From positions 491,906 through 551,184 of the forward strand of contig NMRA01000288.1 of NCBI GenBank assembly GCA_002633005.1: a stretch of DNA of 59,279 bases, written 5' to 3'. Source of the stretch: Phoronis australis (Eukaryota; Animalia; Phoronida). The translations under genes and the position numbers were made by a program. Of the stretch, positions 12,774 through 23,800 are shown piece after piece. The notes beneath the pieces are model-generated. The model made no database searches, was not told the DNA's origin, and saw only the letters and a list, made by a program, of their open reading frames with translations. The stretch's first letter is position 1, and the number at the start of each line of letters is the position of its first letter.

Positions 12774-12891
12774 AGTTGATGTTGCCGGATTTTGTATGTG
12801 ATAAAATAAACACAGTCTTAGACGGAAGCCATCTTTATTCCAACTCCCTCCACTAGCGCCACCTAACAGTTACATAACTAACTACTCAACA
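12774..12891 (-). repeat. 5' LTR (118 bp)
   Basis: Identical to 8152-8269; directly followed on the - strand by the PBS. Confidence 0.95.
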
Positions 12892-13070
12892 CCTGTACCT
12901 TTCCACGGAATCACGAATCTTGTGTTTCTCATATACATGTATACGTTTATGTTGTTTAACGAGAGAAAGGTTTTGCTTTTCAGACTCTCAAAAGTATCGT
13001 CAACGTCTCTCAACCAAATCGTTGGTTTTACTCCAGCATTGGTGTTGAGCGCTCTCTTTTCCTTAGCCAA
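12892..13070 (-). mobile_element. Upstream part of the Penelope-like element split by the LTR element (RT fragment)
   Basis: VKPTIWLRDVDDTF; removing the LTR element and one TSD gives sequence colinear with 20645-20700. Confidence 0.75.
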
Positions 13071-13210
13071 AAATTTGTAACGTGCTACTGCGCATGCGCT
13101 AAATTTTGCCTGCAGCCCTCCATAAGAAATACACAGGAATGAACTATTATTAGTAAATTAGAAGTCATGGGAGATAAGTGTGGCAGAGAGTGTATGTTAA
13201 GTCCTGTTAC

Positions 13211-13374
13211 CAGGGGCGGATACAGGATTTTGAGTTGGGGGTGGGGGGCAGGGCAGAGTATTAGCCAGGATTTTGCCCATCAGACATTCGCACCCCGACT
13301 GCCAAATGGAATCTGGGAGAGATAATTTTAGGGGAGGGGGACTTGACAACCTTGGCCCCCCACTTCCGCCACTG
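13211..13374. mobile_element. MITE with CAG(G/T)GGCGGA TIRs and 5-bp TSD (hAT5-like)
   Basis: CAGGGGCGGA...TCCGCCACTG; GTTAC on both sides; related copy at 49374-49649. Confidence 0.7.
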
Positions 13375-14391
13375 GTTACTGCCAAGTATCAGCGTCATTG
13401 GTGAAAAAATTTTCCCGTGTCTTGAAGTTTGAAGTTTGCTCCGTTCAGGCTATGTTAACGATAGCCTGTAAGTACCCAGCTCATTTTTAAGTCAAATTTG
13501 CGGAAAAATTCATTTAGCTATAGAATTTGCGGATAGCCTATAAACGACCAGGAATATTCAGAAGTTGCCTATTTCATATGATTTTTCGAAATTTTTCCCG
13601 TGTCTCTTGTGCTCTGAAAATGGATCCACGTACAATGGTGTTTGAAGTGTAATTATTGCGGGCTTGTCTTGCAATGGAATTTTCACTGTTGAGGAAGACT
13701 AGATCACTATCGGTAAGAAACATTGTTTTGTCCATTTTCCCGTCTGGTATGATCTTATGAATAATTTCAGAGCGTGGGCGCACCCAGCCTGAACAATGGG
13801 TGGCTCGAATTTTATGGAACATGTACCTTTCACTGAGATTCACGGGGTACGTTCAGAGCTATGAATTGTGCATTCGCCCAATTCTGGTTGTTCCTAACTT
13901 TCTATTGGACTTTTGTCTCGTTTTCTACTCTGAGGAGCCTACCCCCCCCCCCNNNNNNNNNNNNNNNNNNNNNNNNNNNNNNNNNNNNNNNNNNNNNNNN
14001 NNNNNNNNNNNNNNNNNNNNNNNNNNNNNNNNNNNAAAAAAAAAGATTTTTATACAGAATTCCACAATTTTGCCTGCAAGTAAATGATTTTAAGGTTGTT
14101 TTCAAAAATTTGTTCAATTTTTGTTCCGCACAAATTATAGCCGTGATCACAGCAGGGATTAGTTTCATGATTTAATGTTTTGAAATTGTTATCCAGTTTA
14201 GGGGTATGTGAAAAAAAGAACAAAATCATTACACTGTATCAGATTTTGTTGCCTGGGTCCTGCAGGGAACAGTGGAAATATGTGTTGTTTACCGTCATAT
14301 AAAAGGGTTCAATAACTACGTTGTCCATCTTATTTAATTGTAACGTAGGATTTCATACACAAATAGATATGTATTGTCAAAAATCTTAAGA

Positions 14392-15060
14392 TTAATAATA
14401 AGCGCTTTGGCATGGCACCTGAGGGTCACTCATGGGTCGATGCGCCGACCGGCCATCGGTACATATTGTTTTGGTTCTGCACATCGGTGTACCAACAAGT
14501 GACCCCCGTCCTTGAGGACAGCCGTTGGTCATTACAGAGGCGTTCAGGAATCCTTGCAGCAGGTGGGTATACATACAAGAAAAAACGTCATAGGATGTGA
14601 AAAGCGCGTCTTCCTCGAGAAAACTATCGCTCACCTTTTCCTCATGATTCTGAATGTTGTCATTGTGATGGACTGATTGGCCGACTAGCGGAGACAAAAT
14701 GTCAGCAACGAACTTGGCAACATGGTGTGTAACCGAGTCGCTGTTGCAGTGATTCATGCAGTGACCACGAACTGTGGCCAAGGACGACTTTATCTGGTAC
14801 GGATGTGAGGGATCTTCTGCAGATTTTTCAAGGCACTATATTTTTCATTTGATCAACAAATATATGCGTCGTGGAATCCCCCGTATCCCCTATTGTCGCC
14901 AACTTGCACTTATTCTAAAGTGAAACCAACAGTTTGGTTGAGATACGTTGATAACACTTTTGGGATCACTGAACAGTCTGAAAAGCAATTTTTCTCTCAT
15001 TACTGAGAAGGAGGGTAGAGACGGTGTAAACGCGTTCTTTGATTGCTTACAGTCAGTTAA
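14392..15060. mobile_element. Penelope-like RT fragments (- strand about 14392-14800, + strand about 14880-15060)
   Basis: VAKFVADILSPLVG...FTSYDV on -; SPIVANL, VKPTVWLRYVDNTF and FFDCLQSV on +. Confidence 0.7.
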
Positions 15061-18000
15061 TAGTCAGGTTTGTTGTCTAACTTTGCTGAGTTTTTTAGTG
15101 GAAAGTGGAAACTTCATGGAATAAAAAATCAGAAAATAAGTGATGCCTTTTTGGCGGCCATCTTGGCGGCCATCTTGGACTTTCAAAAATCGCACCGGTA
15201 ACATACATTTTGTTCAGTATCTCTGCTCTTGGGTCACTTAGGATGTTAGTTTTAATGGCTGCATCCACATTGTTGTAGGCAAAGAATCCGAAAATGCAAC
15301 TTATTAAATATGAAACATAATCAAGAACCCGTTTATTAGCAGCCACCTTTTGTAAATGCCTTCATCATATATTCCAACACATATGCACACTATCTTACCA
15401 GACTTAAAAATGTTTGTTGTCTTACTACTTGCATATTTCATTCGGATTTGTTTCCTTCAACACACTTAAATTCAACCACTATCTATACAACCTATTTACG
15501 TTTGCAGAACATGAGAGTATCTTTATTGTAGTGCCAATAGTCTTTCAAAACTTTGAAATCAGTCTACAGATCATCACTGTCGCCATCTCTGTCATCATTG
15601 GCACCAGGGATGACGGCATTATAAGAGTTTAAAATTCTGACATCCTGGACAACACTGACATAGATGTGTGCAAGGTAGGTCCTTTGATCGACGAGAGCAT
15701 CGTTGGGAGGAACAATATCTTTTCCATTGACATCTAACCATCTAAATGAAAGCACCTGGCGCCGGAGCCTCCTAAGTTGTGAGAGGTGTCAGTTGGTCGT
15801 CTTTGTCCTTGTAAAACCCATTCTCTGCAACGGGTCAAGGAACTTCTGTCAAACAATGGCTACCGGTCCCCATACTCTGGCTTGAATAAGTATCCTCAGC
15901 ACACGCTGTTCAAAGCCCCAATGGGTGGTGGAAGTTTGTCAATGTAAGCCGTATGTTTGCAGAAGAGGTACAATCTCAGCTCGGGGATACTATCTGTCAA
16001 TACCCTGTGGTGAGTATGCAGCACATGTAAAACGGGCTTATGTGAACAAGAAGCAGTACAAAGAGTATGCAATGCAATGACAACATCACTGTTAGCCTCC
16101 AACTATATATTCAACCATGTTGTTTTGCCTATCCTGGAGAACCGACCAGTGTTGTCTGCCCCTGTAAAAGCATGGAAAGCCGGAAGAGGGTTTGTCTGGA
16201 TTTATGTCCACAATCCCAGATGCCATTGAGACTGAAGTATTTCTGAGAAGCCGGTGATAGTAGGCAATGACGAGTACAAGAACATCTGTGTCAGGTGAAA
16301 AAAGTACCAGATGAGAATCAGGGACGTTTTGATGGGATGCCCGCACTGCATGACGTATTACCAACACAGCTGCCTCTTCGTGATTGTTTTCGTCGAAGCG
16401 TAGAGGACGCCTGTTGCTTATTGTAAATCTTAACTAATTGGCAGAGTCTGTAGGCAGATATGAAGAATCTCATTGACATTGCTGGAAACACCGTTCAGAA
16501 CAGAATTGGCTTTCACCATCCTCTCGAGGTGTTCACGAGCTTGGTCTGCACCAAAGGACACAAATGGGATTTCGGTTTTGCTGACTGAGATCTCTGTTCC
16601 AATTTCAGTCCACATGTCGTTGTGTTTGGTTCTTAGGTCTTGCATATCATCAATGTATGTAGGCCAGAGTCTTTTGTACTTGATGCTAGCAAAAGCAAAG
16701 AAAATTTTGATCCTTGCATCAACAGCCTGGAGATGCAGACTCAAATCAGCATTTCGAGATATTGCCACAAATACCATGATGGTTTGGACACGATGCAGAT
16801 ATTTCACAATGGACTTAAACATGGCATTGGCCGATCATTTCGCTGTCTCGTTCTCTGAGTGTTTCAAGTGTCTTGGCAATTGTCAACAATTCCAGCAAAT
16901 TGTGGGTAGTTTGCTTTGTGCTCTCGGCTTTTATGGTTTTGTTCTTCTCTGAACAGGCTGTTGGTGATGAATTTAGAGCCTCACAGCAAAAGGGCTCTAA
17001 CTGTGGGTTTCCGTTAATGAATTCCTCGAGGACTATCTCAAACAGTGCTCTATATGATTACAAGTAAATGTGGACTCGGAAAGTGCGCTTGTAGGTAGTG
17101 TACTTTAGGATCTGTCTAGTTGTTGCTGTGCCAAAGACGTTGGCTTCTACCCAGGCATCATCTATACCGGAATGCCCCATGAACAAGAGCTATCTGAGCT
17201 GCCATTCTAGCATGCAATTCCCCAAGTCTTGGGCTCATTTTTTGCTTTAGTTCAGGCCTGGTATCCAGGAGCTGCACAAGCCTCTGGTATAGACCCATGT
17301 CACATGAAATGACAGTTGGATGAGCTTCGCCAGCAACCAGCCTCTTCAACTGTCTCGTCTGCATAACAACTATTAGCAGGATCGACCAGTCATGGGCCAC
17401 ATTTGGATGTAGTGGTAACGCACCAAACTCAGTGAGAGACTGGCTTGTACAGATCAGTGAGTTGAAGCTTGTCCAGTATGTGATATTCCTGTTCTCTTCA
17501 TTCCTTAGCCTGGTTACTGCCAAAGTTACTAGCCATACAAGGTGTGTCGGCTGATATGTGCCAGAGATTCCCTCTTGGCTACAAGTTCATGTGTTCTTTT
17601 GCTTGCTTGTGGTTTTGGATTGTCGCTATGTACCCTACGTATGTGGTACGGTGTGACAGTGAGGTCCTTTGCTTCCGTGATGGTTAAAGGTGGATTGTTT
17701 TTTCAATTCCTTGCCCCACAAATGGGGTGGAGCCATTAAAACTAACATTGTAGGAGACCCGATAAAATTGTATACATGTGAAATAATTTACTGTGTATAA
17801 AAATGGTTTATTTACATATGTCATTGTAATCTTAACATCATTTTTAATTATATATTTGTGTATAATAACTGTATATGGTTTTCTTTGTATTTATTTAACC
17901 CATATACAATTCCTCTTGGCGCTTTGTGGGCAAGCATATTTATCGTACTGAAGATTTCATAATAAACATTAAAAAACCAAGAACAGAGATAATGAGCAAA

Positions 18001-18252
18001 ATGTATTTTACGGGTGCCATTTTTGAAAATTCAAGACGTCCGCCAGAAAATTAGAATTTTCAATTCTGCGCCCCAAGAAATGCTGGTGTATCCATAGAAA
18101 ATAACATTCTAAGTGACCCAAGTACTGAGACATTGAGAAAAATGGCCGCCAAAAATAGATTCAATTACTTTATGATTCGTCATTTCATGAGTTTTCACTT
18201 CCCCCAGAAAATTCCAATGAATGTCAAAATTTGGAAAAAGTGAACCTGACTA
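15061..18252 (-). mobile_element. Academ (AcademX-like) DNA transposon, decayed
   Basis: Termini TAGTCAGGTT...AACCTGACTA with longer imperfect subterminal inverted repeats; TAA TSD at 15058-15060 and 18253-18255. Frameshifted fragments LGELH, DQAREH, HEEA, SPDTDVLVL, FHAFTGADNTG and ELRLYLFCK..KLPP fit transposase plus XPG-like domains. Confidence 0.85.
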
Positions 18253-18289
18253 TAAGGAAGATCTAAGTCTTAAGACTAGTAGAGCAGAT

Positions 18290-20400
18290 AAGTGAAAAGT
18301 CTAGTGGATGGTACAAAACCCAGACCTTGCCAACCACAACAGACTGTATCAGCTATGCCCTTATGCCGGAGGCTGCTCTCTGCCCTGTTAACACCACTTG
18401 AGGATTCCATTTTCTGCTTGCCGATGATACCTGAATCTCTGATAACATAACAAATTTGTCTTTGGAATCTCAGATTGTGAGAACTTCTCTTGCTTTTGAC
18501 ACCTTGAAGTCTTCAACCAGAGACCTTGGCGGAAAGGATACTGTCATCCTACTTACATAATCCCACTGACGTGAAACTCATTGGTGCCTCCAACCATTTC
18601 CTGATAAGCTGGTTTGCCTCCTGTTCCATGTAGTCGACTGTTTATCTTTTACAGGCTCTCCCTGAACGGGGTCACTGTGTCCATTGCATTTGTGAAGTCG
18701 TTTCGGCTTCTTTTGTACACCTTGCCCAGATATTTCACTAACTTCTCACCCAGGCTTGGTGCTGGCGCATTCTCCTTTTCATCAAAACCAGAGTTCTTGA
18801 CCTCTGCACCTTGAACTTCATCCTGCCCCAAACAATTACTGTTAGGTCATCAACAAATGCACGGCACAAGGGAAGGAGTCAACCTTGCAGACTTTGCTGG
18901 CTCGCCGAATAATGATGTTCATCGCGAGAACAAATAAACTGACTGAAATGGAGCACCCGGTCAAGATCCTTTCTCCAATTTCTTGAAATCTGTTGCAAAA
19001 TCCATCGTAGAAAATTGGATCTGTGTACTGTTTAAATAGTTGGTGATGGCCTTCTGAACTCATTCTAGAAAATGAAATGTCGCTTTCGCCTTTCTACTCA
19101 GTGAATGTTACATAATGTTACCATAAGCACTATCTAAATCTAAGCACACAACTGCCCTAGTCCTACATGATTGCCTTTGTATTACCGATAAGCTCTGTTA
19201 GAACAGGCAAATCGACTGTCCGGGTACTGTATGTACTGCATGGTCAATTTACCCGTCCCCCAGGGCGTACTTGACATTTTTTGATGCAATCACTGCGAAG
19301 AACATTTTGTACTCCACATCAAGCAGGGAAATTGTCCTGTACATGTACATGTAGTCTTTTATAGCATTGCGTTTTTGTTCTTTGGAGTGTAACAACCCTT
19401 AGCCTCGCCCCAGTGATCAACAAGTGTCTTCGATCTTTAGACTCCTCTCAGTAGCTTCCATAATAGTCTTATTAGCCCCGGGCACTTCTTGTTTACGATG
19501 TAAGTAGACTCAGACGGAATCGGCTTTGGCCTCCATGACGACACTCTTTACCTTAGAGAACTTATTATGTCCAACGTCAAACTGAAGTTCAGGTGGAATT
19601 TCCTCATCCATCCAATTGAACTCCTCTAGATTGTCGAGCCGGTTCCCGTCGCTATGAATCTCCACCAGATGATCTTCTAGTTGGACTTCACTGTATGATA
19701 ACAGCCCACTTGTTTCTTGGTTCATCTTCAGTTCCGCCACTTGGAGAATCCTCGGGTTTGTAACTCATAGCAAAGAATAATTTGTTTTCCCTTGGAGAAC
19801 TCGGTATTGGGCTGCTAACACTTCCAGCCCGTCAGTCTTTCCCTGACGTCATTCGCCCCTCCAAGTGTCACTCGTCTCCCCGAGTTGTCCTCTGGCCTTT
19901 CCCAGACGTTACTGGACTTCTCCAATCGTTAAACTAACTTTAAACAGATGTAGTTTCTCTGCTCCCACGTCAATCATCAACAAGATGATGTCTTTGCAAC
20001 ATGTTTAACATGAAAGCGCACCAAGGCTAGCCCCCACCCCCAAAGTTGACCAGGCTCCAGTTTAACGGGGAGTTTGCCACTATTTGGTCTTCTGCAACCA
20101 CAACCATGATGACGCTGATTCCTTTTCGGCTACTACTGACTTCATCATAGGATTCCTTGAATTAGTTGAAATTTTCAGCATCCTTGACATAATCCACCTT
20201 ACTCTTCTGCCTCAACCAGTAAACAGAAGCAGCTCCATCCACTTCTTGAAAAGTCATGGCTCAGATCGCTGCTCTTGAAAGCTTTCCTCTCCTGGGCTTT
20301 CCGTATCATTATTTCTCAGTACAAAGTTAATCCCACAAATACTACCACCATATCTCTCTCCTTCCCGTTTGTCGCCTTAGTGGATGCTAAAAAACTCACA
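18290..20400 (-). mobile_element. Decayed non-LTR retrotransposon, HERO/NeSL-like; boundaries approximate
   Basis: Fragments YKKCPGLIRLLWKLLR, RTISLLDVEYKMFF, LDLDSAYG, GCSISVSLFVLAMNII and VKYLGKVY, broken by many stops. Confidence 0.65.
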
Positions 20401-20509
20401 CCTTGTCAAACATAAGAGACTGTACCAACTATGTCTTTATTCTGGACGCGGCTATCTGTTTTGTTAACCACCTGGGTATTCCCCTTCTGCCTGCCCATAC
20501 CTGGATCTC

Positions 20510-21300
20510 TTGATAAATCTATCTCTAGAGTCTCACAATTTACAGTTCGGCTTTCAACATCCCATTTCGTACAAACTTGGTGTAATTCGTCTCTTGTATC
20601 ACCGTGCGGACCTGACTGTCTCTGACGACAATGACAGGACATTAGAAAAACACAGACTTCGTAACTCTTTGGAAATGTGCGGATACCCACGTTTGGTCTT
20701 TGGCAAGGCTACCCGTAGAACAGCGAGATTGAGAATTAACAACATTGACGTTCCTCAACCAGATCAACCATGGGCAAGGATATATATTTCATATGTGGAA
20801 TAGACTTTCTGAACAATTGCCATCGGTTTTCAGGAATTTGTTATTGCCACCTCTTTCAAAGCTGTTGGCACTTCGAGACTAAAACTCGTGCACTCTAAGG
20901 ACAAACAACCTAGGGAAAGGATAGCTAATGTGGTCAATGGAATACAGTGTGGAGAGTGCCCTGTAACTTGTGTAGGTGAAACTAAGCAGTCCTTGAATGC
21001 ACGGTTGTGCCAGCTTCGTCTCCTAACTACGGTGACACGTGACTCTGTCGTGTTTATTCATTGTTAGGGATCTGGTTACAGCTTTGACTTCGACAATGTA
21101 CTAATCAGCGACAAGGGGAGCTATTGGTTTGAATGAGGAGTCAATGAGGGTATTCATGAAAGAATTGAAGTCCGAACAGGAGGCTGGAGATTCAGTCTGT
21201 CACACACCCGTGACAGGATTCAGACTCAAGTTTCCAGCCGACTTTCCCAACTCCGACCTAATCCTCCAGAGGTAGCACAGTCTCGAAAACCCAACAGAGC
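20510..21300 (+). mobile_element. Penelope-like element remnant (RT C-terminus and GIY-YIG)
   Basis: QHPISYKLGVIRLLYHRA...CGYP, then IQCGECPVTCVGETKQSL; homologous to 7530-8151. Confidence 0.8.
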
Positions 21301-23727
21301 CTGTCGAATCGTTGCCTTTTCGTCTGACGTTTAGGAATAACTCATTTTTTGTATTAAGTTTCCCTAACACACCCAATATTAATTATGTTGATTTTAAACC
21401 TTTACTTATTATTTCTCGTTTTGATTTATCACTTAAGTTATCATTTAATTTAGCTATTTCATTTGAAATATACTCCCGTTTTTACTGGACATTTGTTGTC
21501 GAGTTTATTTGCGAAACCATCGGACGCAAAACTGGTCAAGCAATGTTCTTGTTTCGTTCACGGTACAAAAGCAAGTATCCAACACTGAGCACAGTTTAAG
21601 GCATTTGAAGAAACTTAAATACCTGTAACAAAATAACGCTTTGTAAACCCTCAACAACCCTTAAACAATAAAGTGAGTTTCACAGTTTGCGAAATTGACA
21701 TGCATGACTGACGTTTTTATTCCCCAATACAAAATTTCCAGGCGTTATGGTGAACCCGTGGCGACTGTTGGCATGGGCACAGAGCCCGGACATTCGAGGA
21801 AACAAATTAGCAGCGAAACAGGTAGAAAAGAAACAAGTTATTGTGAATTACCTTTGGGGGTTTTGCCCAGGGTTTATTTCTGAGGCAGTCTGTATCGTCT
21901 AACACGTGGTTAAAAATGTGCTTTTAATAAAAAGGTTCGAAAACGTCCGAGGAAACTTTTATGCACAGAAAACAAATTGGTTAAAATTTTCAAAATAAGG
22001 AATTATCTACTTGTAAATAAGAAATTATCATTTACTGAATCTATAACTATTTATCCAGGAACTCTTCAGTCTGAAGAAAGGGAAAATGTTGTCGTCTGCC
22101 GCTTTTTCCGTTTTTGAAATTGAATCAATCAATTTATTTCTGTAATAAAGGCCATAAGCCTACTGTACAAAAGAACAATATGTAACTTAGGGCCTACTTG
22201 GGAGTGCAGCAAGCTATCACGGAGTCAAAAGCATAAATACATATTTACATAGGTTAAATAATTTAGCATTATCACTTGTTGACATCAATATATTGAACTT
22301 AAGAAAAGACACAACTTTGAAAATTCTTTTTCAAATTTGTATGCTTTGATTTTTCGTGAAAAACACGGCTACTTTGAAGGTTTTCATTGAAGCCATTTGT
22401 GGCCTAATTTGGAACTTTGTAGCAGCCATATTGCTCCTTTCCAAAAATGGACCGTCTAATAATTCATTCAGTCGCTCCTAACCTGTTCATAACCTAAAAT
22501 AAAAACTTGGCTCTCCCGTACTTTTTGCGTACGAAGCTTTAGACAAATCGCCCTTGGTCCTACTTTTATGAGGAAATTTTCCGAATAAACGCCCCACTAT
22601 CTGGACACTTGACACCAGGAGTTGTAACACCAAGTAAACGCCCATGGACGTTTCATCGGGTGGACTTATCTGTGGAAAATTCCGACAATTACCATTCTGT
22701 GAAAACTACACTGATCATTATTGCTTATTACAAAAAATATATACTAAGTTATAACTGGCATAAGTTCTTCGTCTATATGATAGATGCCGTGGCTGTTTGT
22801 CTACATGGAGATTGTAGACTTGACTAGAAGCCGAATCTGCCGTGCGTTCGTTTTTTGATTTTCGTTGTGAGAGCCAGAGACAAAGGAAAACAGACACCCA
22901 CGGAGGCTATGGCCCTCTGTTCAGTACAAAAAATCGTTAACTCGGTCAACACTCATTGTAATTTTTCATTCATATTGCAAAGTTCCCGCAGGCTGCTACG
23001 AATTTTAATCTCCATCGGTCGCCAGAAATTTCGTATTTGCATCCCCGGATCGAAAAACAATTCACGAAAGACAATTTTATAAATGAATCAATTCATGACA
23101 TACATTAGGTCAACAAAGTACGACACAAGCAATGGTATGGATTTCAAACATACCTAATGACTGCCTCTGTGGTTTAGCAAGGGAGGGGGGGGCGTCAGGT
23201 GTCCCCGGGCGCCTGCCGAAGGGGTTTGCCAAACATGTTTCAAAGAGTTGCGCCAGTTTCACTGTGGATGCACAGCTATCGACTAGGGGGAGGAGTGGGG
23301 GATGCCATTTGAGGTGTCGACGGGAAGGGGAGGGGGGTATAGGTCTGGTGCTCGCTACGCCACTGGACTGACTGATATTTCAGGTGTTCAGCGTCAGGGT
23401 ATATACACTTTCTGCTTGGGTGAAAACTGTCACCAAATTCTCGTCGGTGAACATCGCATATCAGTAGCGGATCTAGGATATCACAAGGGGGGGCAACATT
23501 TTGTCCGGCTGTAAGCATTTGTGCAAACCGAACCACGATTGTAGATGCGCATAGCACCGAATGGGGGGAGGTCGGGAGGGGGGCAAACCCCTCTCCCGCT
23601 CAGGAATTTTTTTTTGTTTTTACCTCTAAAAATCAAGCATTTTCCTTGATTCCTGAAGTATTATCCAAGAAAAAAAGGGAAAAAATGAAAGCGCTCCGAG
23701 GAGCGAAACTTGACGAAATTAACGGAA

Positions 23728-23800
23728 AAGACAACGACGAAGATGATGACGAAGATGATGACGATGATAACGAATATGATGATGGTGGTGGCGATGATGA
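23728..23800 (+). repeat. Imperfect (GAT/GAC)n microsatellite
   Basis: gacgaagatgatgacgaagatgatgacgatgat... Confidence 0.7.

Larger units (their letters stand above)
8152..12891 (-). mobile_element. Full-length Ty3/Gypsy LTR retrotransposon, Mag-like
   Basis: Identical 118-bp LTRs, PBS, PPT, single gag-pol ORF; CCTG duplicated at 8148-8151 and 12892-12895. Confidence 0.97.
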
